64,000 bases of DNA from a bacterium. GTDB taxonomy: Bacteria; Electryoneota; Electryoneia; Electryoneales; Electryoneaceae. Positions 1 through 8,803 of the stretch are shown in pieces. The translations under genes and the position numbers were made by a program. Numbering within the stretch: position 1 is the first letter of the stretch; each line of letters opens with the position of its first letter. The stretch spans positions 224,001 through 288,000 of the forward strand of contig CAXXKJ010000002.1 of the NCBI GenBank assembly GCA_963675295.2, given 5' to 3'. The notes beneath the pieces are model-generated. The model was not told where the DNA came from and searched no databases. It worked only from the letters and a program-made list of their open reading frames with translations.

Positions 1-914
1 GTCCCAGAACAGGAACGGATCATCTGGTTCGCCGATGGCCCTATGAGAATTGGTTTGCCGCGGATTTATTAAAATCAGCTGACAACAAGTTGTTGGTGCT
101 GTCGTCTATTAACGACTATGACCCTGGTTACAGAATCAGCAAGGTGAATATGGACCTTAGTGTACATTGGTCCGTTGAGCGAGACGATCGCAACATACCA
201 GCTATGGCGGTCGCAAATGATGGCGGTCTTGTTTTGTTCGCCATAAGTTTTACTCAACATGACTTGGTTAAATTTGAACCAGAAGCATCCGTTAGCCTCG
301 AAACCGACACGCAGATCGTCCCGCCCGGGGCTTCGACCATCCATATAAACACGACCGTCGACAACATCCTGCTTGACAACACGGACTTGGACCTTTGGAC
401 CGTTTTATATCCACCGATTGGTGATCCGATTGTATCCGACGTTTTGACCGGCGTGACGCTGGTTCCGGGTGAAACACTGGCCCATGAAGATTCGCTCGTG
501 GTGCTGGCTGGCTACCCAGCGGGCGAGTACATGTGCCGGGTTCATGTCGGCGATTTTGACAACAAAGTAACTATGGGTGCGTCAACCTTCGAATTCGAGA
601 AACTGGCATCGACGACGACGCTCACAGCGGCTGACTCACGTAACCTGCTGCCGGACGACTGTACGCTCGTTGCGCATCCGAACCCGTTCAACGCTTTCGC
701 GACGTTGACGTTAACCGTGCCGAAAGCGCAGAATGTGTGTGTCGAGGTGTATGCGACAACGGGTCAGAGAGTGACGACGCTGCACGACGGTCCGCTCGCG
801 GCGGGCGTAAACACGTTAACGTTTAACGGCACCGGACTGGCGAGCGGCGTGTATCTCGTGCGCGCGGAAACAGAGGGTGCAACCCTGCATCGCAAACTTG
901 TCCTCGTTCGCTAG
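1..914 (+). CDS. 5'-truncated secreted protein with pre-CTD Ig-like domain and T9SS type-A-like C-terminal sorting domain
   Basis: Frame is open from the window edge (no stop from nt 3 to 911). C-terminus reads HPNPFNAFATLTLTVP...LASGVYLVRAE...RKLVLVR. Confidence 0.85.
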   Translation, partial: PRTGTDHLVRRWPYENWFAADLLKSADNKLLVLSSINDYDPGYRISKVNMDLSVHWSVERDDRNIPAMAVANDGGLVLFAISFTQHDLVKFEPEASVSLETDTQIVPPGASTIHINTTVDNILLDNTDLDLWTVLYPPIGDPIVSDVLTGVTLVPGETLAHEDSLVVLAGYPAGEYMCRVHVGDFDNKVTMGASTFEFEKLASTTTLTAADSRNLLPDDCTLVAHPNPFNAFATLTLTVPKAQNVCVEVYATTGQRVTTLHDGPLAAGVNTLTFNGTGLASGVYLVRAETEGATLHRKLVLVR

Positions 915-1052
915 GGGAAATGTGAAGGGAATATGCGGCCGCGCTGGAAAATTCTGGCGCGGCTGTTTTGCTCCAGCCTGCTCCGAATCATGTTGATGTG
1001 TGATCCTCATCTCTCCAAATCCCGAAAACAGCCTTGTACCTTCGCCGGTCAC

Positions 1053-1068
1053 GCGACAAGTTTGTCGC
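1053..1068. promoter_or_regulatory. Palindromic putative operator GCGACAA-GT-TTGTCGC
   Basis: 7-bp perfect inverted repeat ~30 nt upstream of the ATG at 1099, inside a longer imperfect inverted repeat. Confidence 0.3.
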
Positions 1069-1098
1069 ACCTGATCCGGTCTGTTTCTGAGGCATGCA

Positions 1099-2562
1099 AT
1101 GCGCTGGTTGGTTTATCCCTTCCTGATCCTGATGGCGGTGTCGGCGTTCGCGCAGCCGCCAACGGTGCTCTGGAATCACTCGTATGGCGACGGAACGTCC
1201 GAGGAAGTCCATTCCGTGCGGCCGGTGCCCGGCGGCGGGTTCATCCTCGCGGGGGTCACGGACGAGGGGTCCGGCTACACCGCCGCGTGGTTGCTGCGTG
1301 CGGACGAAAACGGAGAAGAGCTGTGGTCGTCGGTCAATGGCGGCGACCTCGCGAACGCGGTCTACTACGCCGAACCCACCGAAGACGGCTTCATCCAGTG
1401 CGGGTCAACGTGGTCCTATTCAGGCAACGATTCGTGGGACGCGTACATCGGCCTGCTCAACGCGGACGGCCAGCCGCAATGGCAACGTCTGTTCGGATCG
1501 GCCACGCGAAACGATTGGTTCAACTGCGCGCGTGTCGTGCCGGACGGCGGCTTCATCGCCTGCGGTTACCTCGCCAACCAGCCAAGTTTGTGGCGGATCG
1601 GCCCGCAGGGATCGGTGTACTGGGTGCGTAACCAGCGCGAGGGCGAGCAGAACGATTTCACCTTCGTGGAACCGGTCACGGACGGCTTCCTCGCAGCGAT
1701 GGTCGATTCGTCCCGCTTCGCCGTGCTTCGGATTGAATCCAACGGCGACTTCCGCTGGCGCTACCTCGACGACGAGGTTGGCGCGGCGGAATGTGTCCGT
1801 GCGCGGGAGGACGGCTCGATTTTCGCCTGTGGCTATCGTGAACCGGTTGGCGGAATGAACCGTGCGTGGCTGGTGATGCGCCTGTCAGCGGACGGTGTCC
1901 CGGTGTGGACGGATATAATCGACGATCCCGCCGCGCAAACGGCGGAAGACTTATGGTTCACTGCTGATGATAAACTGATCGTGAGTGGCTGGTCGCAGCA
2001 GCTGGACGGGTCGGTCGACCGTTGGCTGATCAAGTACGACCTCGACGGCAACCGTCTCTGGCAGTTCACCCTCCCCGGCGGCCGGGCGAACAGCGTCGCG
2101 CAGGCGTGGGATGGCGGCTATGTCTTCGCCGGCACACACGGCTCAACCCCGCACGAATCCGTCGATTTCCGCCTGTTCAAGACGACTCCGGAAGTGACAG
2201 TGGATGTCGCGCCGTTGTGGAATACCGTCCCGCCACAGGGGCAGGTGCTGCTGTTTTCCGCCGAGCTGAGCAATATCCTCACCGAGCCGACACCGGCGGA
2301 TGTGTGGGTTCGAGTGACGACACCGGGCGGACTGTCGGTGCCGGTTGGCGATCTGGCGGTCACCCTGCAGCCCGGTGCCACGTTTGCCCGCCCCTCCGCA
2401 CCGTTGTTCGTGCCCGCTCCCGCGCCGGGTGGGGTGTATACGGTGAACGTGTACATCGGCGACCGGGACGAGGACCGGCATCTCGGTGTGGGCTCCTTCC
2501 GCTTCTACAAAAACGGGCAGGGGATGTTCGAAATGATCCCGGGTGGAAACTCGGGACGTTGA
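1099..2562 (+). CDS. Secreted beta-propeller-like repeat protein ending in the pre-CTD domain but lacking the CTD
   Basis: Signal peptide (MRWLVYPFLILMAVSAFA). Repeats of type DGGFIxxG / DxxGxxxW. C-terminal VPPQGQVLLFSAELSN...GSFRFYK domain. Confidence 0.85.
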   Translation: MRWLVYPFLILMAVSAFAQPPTVLWNHSYGDGTSEEVHSVRPVPGGGFILAGVTDEGSGYTAAWLLRADENGEELWSSVNGGDLANAVYYAEPTEDGFIQCGSTWSYSGNDSWDAYIGLLNADGQPQWQRLFGSATRNDWFNCARVVPDGGFIACGYLANQPSLWRIGPQGSVYWVRNQREGEQNDFTFVEPVTDGFLAAMVDSSRFAVLRIESNGDFRWRYLDDEVGAAECVRAREDGSIFACGYREPVGGMNRAWLVMRLSADGVPVWTDIIDDPAAQTAEDLWFTADDKLIVSGWSQQLDGSVDRWLIKYDLDGNRLWQFTLPGGRANSVAQAWDGGYVFAGTHGSTPHESVDFRLFKTTPEVTVDVAPLWNTVPPQGQVLLFSAELSNILTEPTPADVWVRVTTPGGLSVPVGDLAVTLQPGATFARPSAPLFVPAPAPGGVYTVNVYIGDRDEDRHLGVGSFRFYKNGQGMFEMIPGGNSGR

Positions 2563-2683
2563 AATTCGTATACTCGGACAGACCTGTTTCACGACCCGGA
2601 CAGCCAGTGTACCGCCAAACCTCGCAGCTTTCACGATCCTCGCGTCCGCGTCCGCAAGCGGACACGGGCACATCCGTTCATGC

Positions 2684-2711
2684 CCCAGACATTTATGTCT
2701 GGGATCATCCG
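2684..2711. repeat. REP-like hairpin CCCAGACAT-TT-ATGTCTGGG (related copies at 60144 and 60221)
   Basis: Perfect 9-bp stem. The same core and the TCATCCG tail recur at 60221-60248. Confidence 0.55.
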
Positions 2712-2741
2712 CACACCAGAACGGCTACCATCGCGACCATC

Positions 2742-3287
2742 GTGATCACGTTGTTCGTCTTCGCCGCAACCCTCTTCTCTCCAGCGCCCACCTTCGCCCA
2801 GGGCCGGGAGGGCGACTTGTACTCGTTCGTGCGCTCGTACCTGCAGGACGACGGCTGGAATCCGCAGCCGGTGCCGGACATGAACGCCATCGAGACCGGG
2901 TTTCAGGGTGACAATGGGACCTTGTTCTGCCGTGCGTTCATGCTGGAGGAGAAGCGCCAGATTGTGTTCTATTCGGTGTTGCCGAACAAGACGCCGCTGC
3001 ACCGCCGGGTAAAGGCGATGGAGTTTATCACCCGCGCCAACTTCGGGCTCGGCATCGGCAACTTCGAGCTTGACCTCAACGACGGCGAGATTCGCTTCAA
3101 GACGAGTATCGACGTCGAAGGCGGGCAAATCACTCCGACGCAGCTGGAGACGCTGATCTATATCAATGTGCTGACGATGGATCGTTATCTTCCTGGATTG
3201 AACGCGGTGATGTTCGGCGATCTGGACCCGCTGGACGCGCTGCAGGAAGTGCAGGACGAACTGGAGGCCGGAAGTTCCGGTGGCTGA
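2742..3287 (+). CDS. YbjN-domain protein
   Basis: MEFITRANFGLGIGNFELDLNDGEIRFKTSIDV is typical of YbjN-family proteins. Start is uncertain (GTG 2742). The ORF-track extension back to 2022 overlaps the upstream gene. Confidence 0.75.
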   Translation: MITLFVFAATLFSPAPTFAQGREGDLYSFVRSYLQDDGWNPQPVPDMNAIETGFQGDNGTLFCRAFMLEEKRQIVFYSVLPNKTPLHRRVKAMEFITRANFGLGIGNFELDLNDGEIRFKTSIDVEGGQITPTQLETLIYINVLTMDRYLPGLNAVMFGDLDPLDALQEVQDELEAGSSGG

Positions 3288-3906
3288 CGAAACCCCTCCT
3301 GATCAATACCTCACGCTCGCCCGTCCCGGCGAAGCGCAACTCAAGGAAAAGGGCAGCCAGTTCCTGGCGTACGCCTATCCCATCCGTGACGCTGAACAGG
3401 CGGATAAGCTGCTCGCCGATTTGTGGAAGCAGTATCACGACGCGACGCACATCGGCTGGGCGCGACGCCTCGCTCCGCCTCCGCAGGGCGAAGAAAAGTG
3501 GTCGGACGACGGCGAACCGAACGGCTCCACCGGACCACCAATCTTGAACGCGATCAAGGGCGAGGATCTGTGGGGCGTGTTTGTTGCTGTGGTACGGTAT
3601 TACGGCGGCACGAAACTCGGCGTCGGCGGCTTGGTGCGTGCGTACGGTGGCGCGGCGGCGGACGTGCTCGCGTTAACGAAAAAGCAGACCATCATCCGCA
3701 CGAAAACGTTGCGGGTCAGCATCCCGCATGACCGTGCCGGTGCGATTTACGCCCTTTGTGACCGGATGGAGATCCGCATCGACACCCCGGGCTACACCGA
3801 GACGGGCTTGTTGTTGCCGTTGATTGTTCCGTTGTCCCGTGTGGACGTTGTCGAGGCAGCCGTGATCGATGTTTCCGCCGGACGTGCTGAGGTTACCCGC
3901 GGATGA
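3280..3906 (+). CDS. yigZ: YigZ/IMPACT family protein
   Basis: Motifs EKGSQF, DATH, SDDGEP..TG.P and VVRYYGGTKLGVGGLVRAY. Confidence 0.92.
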   Translation: MADETPPDQYLTLARPGEAQLKEKGSQFLAYAYPIRDAEQADKLLADLWKQYHDATHIGWARRLAPPPQGEEKWSDDGEPNGSTGPPILNAIKGEDLWGVFVAVVRYYGGTKLGVGGLVRAYGGAAADVLALTKKQTIIRTKTLRVSIPHDRAGAIYALCDRMEIRIDTPGYTETGLLLPLIVPLSRVDVVEAAVIDVSAGRAEVTRG

Positions 3907-5156
3907 CCGAAGAAATCCTCATCGTGATCGCGCTGGTGTTGAGCGCGTTTTTCTCCGGCACCGAGACCGCGTACACCGTCTCCGGGCGTCTCGCGATGGA
4001 AGTCTACAAGCGGCACAACCGTCCCGGCGCGAAAGCCGCCAGCCGTCTGTACGCCAACCCCACCCTGCTGTTCAACACAACACTGGTCGGCAACAACCTG
4101 GTCGGCGTGCTGTACGCATCCGTTGCGGCGGTGTGGCTGGACCGGATTGGCGTGCCGGTGGAATGGATTTTCGTCATCAGCCCGACAATCGTGCTCATCT
4201 TCGGTGAAATTCTGCCGAAAACGTTCGCCCGTGAGACGGCGGAGCGCTGGGCGCTGCGTGCCGGCGGACCGTTATGGATCTCGCGAATCCTGTTTGCTCC
4301 GTTGATTGTGGTCACCCGCGCCTCGAGCTCGCTGCTGCTGCGCATGTTCGGGATGAAGGACGAGAACCGCGACTTCAGCACCATCAGCCTCGGCGACCTG
4401 ACCGGTGTCTGGGGCCAGCTGCACACTGAGGGCTCGCTGGACGCCGAAGAGAAGGAGCTGCTCGATCACGCGGTGGCGTTACGGGATGTCAAGATGCGTG
4501 AGATCATGACACCGCGTGCGGATGTTGTCGCGTTGCCGGTCGAGGCGACGATTGAGGAGGCGGAACACCTGGTCAGCCAGCGCGGCTACACCCGCATTCC
4601 GGTGTTTGAGGGCAATCTCGACAACGTGGTCGGGGTTTTGCTCGCACAGGAGTTGCTCGGCGAACCGGACTCGTTGCACTCCATTTTGCGAGAGCCGAAG
4701 GTGGTGCCGGAGCAGGCCTACGCCAACCGCTTCCTGCATGAGTTTCGCCGGGGCGAAGTAGGGCTCGCGATTGTGATTGACGAACACGGCGGCACCGCCG
4801 GTGTGGTTACGCTGGAGGATTTTCTCGAGCGGCTGGTGGGTGCCATCGAGGACGAACACGACCCGCAGGCGATGTCCGGCCGCAAGGTGAGCAACGACAG
4901 CTGGCTGGTATCCGGACGGGCGTCGCTGGAATTGTTGCGCGACAAGTGGGGCATCAAGCTGCCGGAAGGGGATTACGAAACCATCGCCGGCTGGTTGCTG
5001 GATGAACTCGACCGGATACCCGATCCTGGCGAGTTTGTTGATGTGGGACGTTGGCGAGTGCGTGTGGTCGCGACCGATCCGCGCCGGATCAAACGGGTGT
5101 TGATCCGGAAGATGCAGGCCCGCAGCGCGAAACCCCGCATTTCCAATCGGAAGTAG
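3903..5156 (+). CDS. CNNM/HlyC/CorC family transporter (DUF21-CBS pair-CorC)
   Basis: SAFFSGTETA, FGEILPK, EIMTPR, YTRIPVF, VIDEHGGTAGVVTLED and YETIAG. ATGA overlap with yigZ. Confidence 0.92.
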   Translation: MTEEILIVIALVLSAFFSGTETAYTVSGRLAMEVYKRHNRPGAKAASRLYANPTLLFNTTLVGNNLVGVLYASVAAVWLDRIGVPVEWIFVISPTIVLIFGEILPKTFARETAERWALRAGGPLWISRILFAPLIVVTRASSSLLLRMFGMKDENRDFSTISLGDLTGVWGQLHTEGSLDAEEKELLDHAVALRDVKMREIMTPRADVVALPVEATIEEAEHLVSQRGYTRIPVFEGNLDNVVGVLLAQELLGEPDSLHSILREPKVVPEQAYANRFLHEFRRGEVGLAIVIDEHGGTAGVVTLEDFLERLVGAIEDEHDPQAMSGRKVSNDSWLVSGRASLELLRDKWGIKLPEGDYETIAGWLLDELDRIPDPGEFVDVGRWRVRVVATDPRRIKRVLIRKMQARSAKPRISNRK

Positions 5157-5287
5157 TCAGGATTCTCTGTATCTCCGACCGGAAACAGTTGGTACTCTCT
5201 TGCCCGCGTTGGCTTTGACAACGCGGGTTATCTGTCACGTGCGGATTAGCCCTGCTGGCGTAGCCATCAGGGGCACATACGTTTCCC

Positions 5288-5429
5288 CGTCAATTGCTCG
5301 TTTTGCATCAGTTTCTTGTGTTGCGTCAGTTACGTCTTTTGCATCAGTTTTTTCTGTTCCGTCTTTTGCTTCTTTTGTATCCGTTGCATCTTTTGCGTCT
5401 TTTGCATCCCTTGCTTCTGTTGCGTCAGT
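5288..5429. repeat. Degenerate 9-nt tandem repeat array (about 15 units; minus-strand consensus GAYGCAAMA)
   Basis: Units such as TTTGCATCA, GTTGCGTCA and TTTGCGTCT in strict 9-nt phase. Starts at the stop codon of the SPOR gene. Confidence 0.85.
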
Positions 5430-6054
5430 CAATCATCACCAGCCGGTAGCCGGTACCGGACATTTCGAACACCCGGTCCGCAAACTCTTTCGCCTCATCT
5501 TCCTTCGCGAACCGTCCTACCCGAACCGCGTACAGTGTCTTCCCGATCGCGGGGATTTCGTCCACCTGGACCGTATACCCGAGGTCACGCTGTTGTCCGG
5601 CGAGACGGTCAGCGTTCCGCCGGCTGGAAAACGCTCCGATCTGCACCGACCACGCGCGATCAGTCGGCTTTTCCGGCAGTCCGTTGTGGAACAGGCTGAC
5701 CGATTCGATACCGTGTTCGTGCAACCATGCCGCAGAGCTGCGAACCAGCGCCGGTTCGTTGATCAGCGACGCGTACCCGTACAGCCGTTGCCACGCAATC
5801 GCCTGCAACGGGATTGGCAGTTCCGCCTCACGGGTGATGCGTTTGTAGACAGGGATCGCGTCGAGCACGTTGTCGGTTGCCAGCGCCGCCGCCAGATCGC
5901 CCTCCGGCGAACCGTGCATACGGTCGGCGACGATTCGCAGCGAATCGATGTCGCCGTTAATGGTATACCGCACCAGCGGGTGCTCCGCGTGGATGGCGGA
6001 TGCGAACAGGAGCAGGATCAGGCTGATCACAGCCGGGTAGAATTTCATCATCAT
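5425..6054 (-). CDS. Secreted SPOR-domain protein
   Basis: Signal peptide MMMKFYPAVISLILLLFASAIHA. C-terminal WSVQIGAFSSRRNA...YAVRVGRF. Start is one of three ATGs at 6054/6051/6048. Confidence 0.85.
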   Translation of the reverse strand: MMMKFYPAVISLILLLFASAIHAEHPLVRYTINGDIDSLRIVADRMHGSPEGDLAAALATDNVLDAIPVYKRITREAELPIPLQAIAWQRLYGYASLINEPALVRSSAAWLHEHGIESVSLFHNGLPEKPTDRAWSVQIGAFSSRRNADRLAGQQRDLGYTVQVDEIPAIGKTLYAVRVGRFAKEDEAKEFADRVFEMSGTGYRLVMID

Positions 6055-6357
6055 GGCCTGAAAATGACACGGGAACCGGTTTTCCGCAAGCGCTGAAAGG
6101 TATACGATTGATACCCGCCGTTCGCGGGGTTGGTTTCGTTCCGCGCCGGTTTTCACCAAAATAGCCTATAGCAGACAGTTCGCGTCTGTGATTCCATCGC
6201 GAATTCGAGAGAATGTGCGGTCTCTCGGGCCGGATTTTTGTGCAGGAAAATGGCTGATTGCGTGGCGCGGTTGAGTCCCAGTCCGTAGGTTACCGTTGAT
6301 AACCAAAACGGGGTTTTTTCAGCATTCTTTGAACGGCCACCGAAAGGGAGATTGGCG

Positions 6358-8535
6358 ATGAAACACTTCGTTCTCTGGATGACATTAGGCTGCCTGCTTA
6401 TGGCGGGCGTCGTGCAGGCCGCGCCATCATTGCTTGGCGACAAGCTGATGACGGAGATGCAGCAGGCGGATGCGGATGAATTAATCCATGTCCTCGTACT
6501 GATGAGTCCGGAACCGGACGGCCAGGCGATGATGAATTACGTGCAGGGTGTGCGGGCCAGCGACCGCGCCGCATTGGTCTGGGACGCGTTGAAGACTCAG
6601 GCGGATGAGGCTCAGTCGGATATGCTGGACATGCTCTACGATTTCGAGCAGGACGGTTCGGCGGAACACATTCGGCAGCTGGTGATGGGCAACTCGGTGG
6701 ACGCGTGGGTGAAGCCGCACGTGGTCCGCGCGATCACCCGTCAGCACAGCGTGCGCAAGGTTGTATTGCTCGATGAACAGCTGGTGATCCCGCGCGAGGA
6801 AGCGCGTCCCGCCAGCAGCCAGCTCGAAGAAATCGACTGGGGCGTGCTGCAGATTGACGCGCCGGATGTCTGGGACATGGGCTACACCGGTGAAGGTGTG
6901 GTTGTCGGCGTGATGGACACCGGCTGCAACTGGAACCACCTCGACCTCGCGACACACATGTGGGACGGCGGCGCGAGCTACCCGAACCACGGCTACGACT
7001 TCTCGAACAACGACGACAACCCGATGGACGGTCACGGTCATGGAACACACGTCAGCGGCACGGTTGCCAGCGACGGCACCGCCGGCTCGCAGTGCGGTGT
7101 GGCACCGGACGCGCAGATCATGGCGCTGAAGGTGTTGAGCGACGGTGGTTCGGGTTCGTATGCCAATGTCTGGGCCGCGCTTGACTTCGCGATGGCCAAT
7201 GGCGCGGATGTGGTCACCATGAGCGCTGGCTGGCACAGCGTGGACGCGACCTCGCGTGCGACATTCCGTGAACACTACGTGCTGCTCAGCGCGGCGAACA
7301 TCGTCTCGACCAACTCCGCCGGCAACGACGGCGGCAACATGAGCTGGTATCCGATTCCGGACAATGTGAAGACGCCGGCAAGTGTCCCACCGCCGTGGAT
7401 CAACCCGGAAACCCCGGGCACCGGCGAAGCCGCCGGGCAGATCACCGTCGGTTCGACCGACACCAATGACGGTCTGTCGTATTTCTCCAGCCGTGGTCCG
7501 GTCACCTGGGAGAACGAAAGCCCGTGGTTTGACTGGGTGTACGCCAACGGTTCACAGGACGGCCTGATGAAGCCGGACGTGTCCGCGCCGGGCGAAGATA
7601 TCAAGTCCTGCGACTACAACAACACGAGCGGTTACACGCTGAAGTCCGGTACCTCGATGGCGACGCCGCATGTCGCCGGTCTGTGCGCGCTGCTGAAGAG
7701 CGTCAGCCTGGACCTGACTCCGGCGAACATCAACGAGATCCTCGAGACGACGGCGATTGACATGCTTGCCCCGGGCAAGGACAACGACTCCGGCGCCGGC
7801 CGTGTCGACGCGGTCGCCGCAGCGCAGATGGCGGAATCGTTCCTCACCGACATCCAGGTCCACCTGACCCCAGCCTATGATCCGCCGTACATCATTCCGG
7901 GCTCGGGCGGCACACTGCATTTCGCGGCGAACATCGGCAACAACTACACTGTTGCCACGCCGGGCCAGATCCGCACCCTCGTCATCCTGCCGAACGGCAA
8001 CGAGTATCCGCTGGACACGTACAACGTGACCTTCCAGCCGGGTGTGGACATCAATGTGCCGAACGCGTCGCAGTTCGTTCCGGCGATGGCACCGACCGGG
8101 ATTTATTCGTACGTCGCCCGTGGCGGCACCACCCCGTGGACGCTGGTCGATGAGGACAGCTTCGAGTTCCGCAAGTTCAATTTCGCCGCCGAGTCGGTCG
8201 ACAACGAATGGACCCGCAGTGACTGGTTCGAGGTGGCGGCGGATGATGCGGCTGTCGTGACCATTCCGGGCGAGTACAGCCTCGGTGTCGCGTATCCGAA
8301 CCCGTTCAACCCGACGACCACGGTCGCGGTGAACCTGCCGGAAACGGCGGAGCTGACGGTGAATGTCTACAACGTCACCGGGCAGATTGTCGCGACGCTG
8401 GCGAACGGTACCATCAACGCCGGCCAGCATCAGCTCGTGTTTGACGGTGCGAACCTGTCCAGCGGCCTCTACTTCATTCATGCGTCCGTGCCGGGTCAGA
8501 TGGATGCGATCCAGAAGGTTACGTTGATGAAGTAA
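6358..8535 (+). CDS. S8 (subtilisin-like) serine peptidase with prodomain, pre-CTD domain and T9SS-like CTD
   Basis: Catalytic DTG, HGTHVSG and GTSMATPH, oxyanion SAGN, KPDVSAPG, YPNPFNP. RBS GGGAG. Confidence 0.93.
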   Translation: MKHFVLWMTLGCLLMAGVVQAAPSLLGDKLMTEMQQADADELIHVLVLMSPEPDGQAMMNYVQGVRASDRAALVWDALKTQADEAQSDMLDMLYDFEQDGSAEHIRQLVMGNSVDAWVKPHVVRAITRQHSVRKVVLLDEQLVIPREEARPASSQLEEIDWGVLQIDAPDVWDMGYTGEGVVVGVMDTGCNWNHLDLATHMWDGGASYPNHGYDFSNNDDNPMDGHGHGTHVSGTVASDGTAGSQCGVAPDAQIMALKVLSDGGSGSYANVWAALDFAMANGADVVTMSAGWHSVDATSRATFREHYVLLSAANIVSTNSAGNDGGNMSWYPIPDNVKTPASVPPPWINPETPGTGEAAGQITVGSTDTNDGLSYFSSRGPVTWENESPWFDWVYANGSQDGLMKPDVSAPGEDIKSCDYNNTSGYTLKSGTSMATPHVAGLCALLKSVSLDLTPANINEILETTAIDMLAPGKDNDSGAGRVDAVAAAQMAESFLTDIQVHLTPAYDPPYIIPGSGGTLHFAANIGNNYTVATPGQIRTLVILPNGNEYPLDTYNVTFQPGVDINVPNASQFVPAMAPTGIYSYVARGGTTPWTLVDEDSFEFRKFNFAAESVDNEWTRSDWFEVAADDAAVVTIPGEYSLGVAYPNPFNPTTTVAVNLPETAELTVNVYNVTGQIVATLANGTINAGQHQLVFDGANLSSGLYFIHASVPGQMDAIQKVTLMK

Positions 8536-8537
8536 CC

Positions 8538-8640
8538 GCAGTTGCGCATCTCTGGCCTTTCGTCTCTAGAATGGCCGGAACGGCGCGTATGAGTTGAGAT
8601 TCCCCGGGGACATGCTGCTGCCAGCGTGTCCCCGTTTTTG
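8538..8640 (+). terminator. Conserved 3'-UTR hairpin plus intrinsic terminator (copy 1)
   Basis: TCTGGCC/GGCCGGA stem with TCTCT loop, then GGGGACATGCTG/CAGCGTGTCCCC followed by TTTTT. Confidence 0.75.
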
Positions 8641-8803
8641 TCTCAACAGGTTGATCGTACACGAGCTATCGCGCCTCTCTTTTTTCACCTCACAAGTGAC
8701 TTTCGTCGCGGAAACCGTGGTCCATGGGTTCCCGGAATTCGTAGCTTTTGGGGTTACCATAAACACGGCAGAAACGCCTTTCGATGACCAGGAGGAAATC
8801 ACG

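Noticed and set aside
5200-5432. ORFs 5200..6096(+) and 5235..5432(-) with SVASFA / TDAKDA repeats as real proteins
   Set aside because: They are translations of the 9-mer DNA array. The same array occurs in short non-coding settings elsewhere, and there is no RBS.
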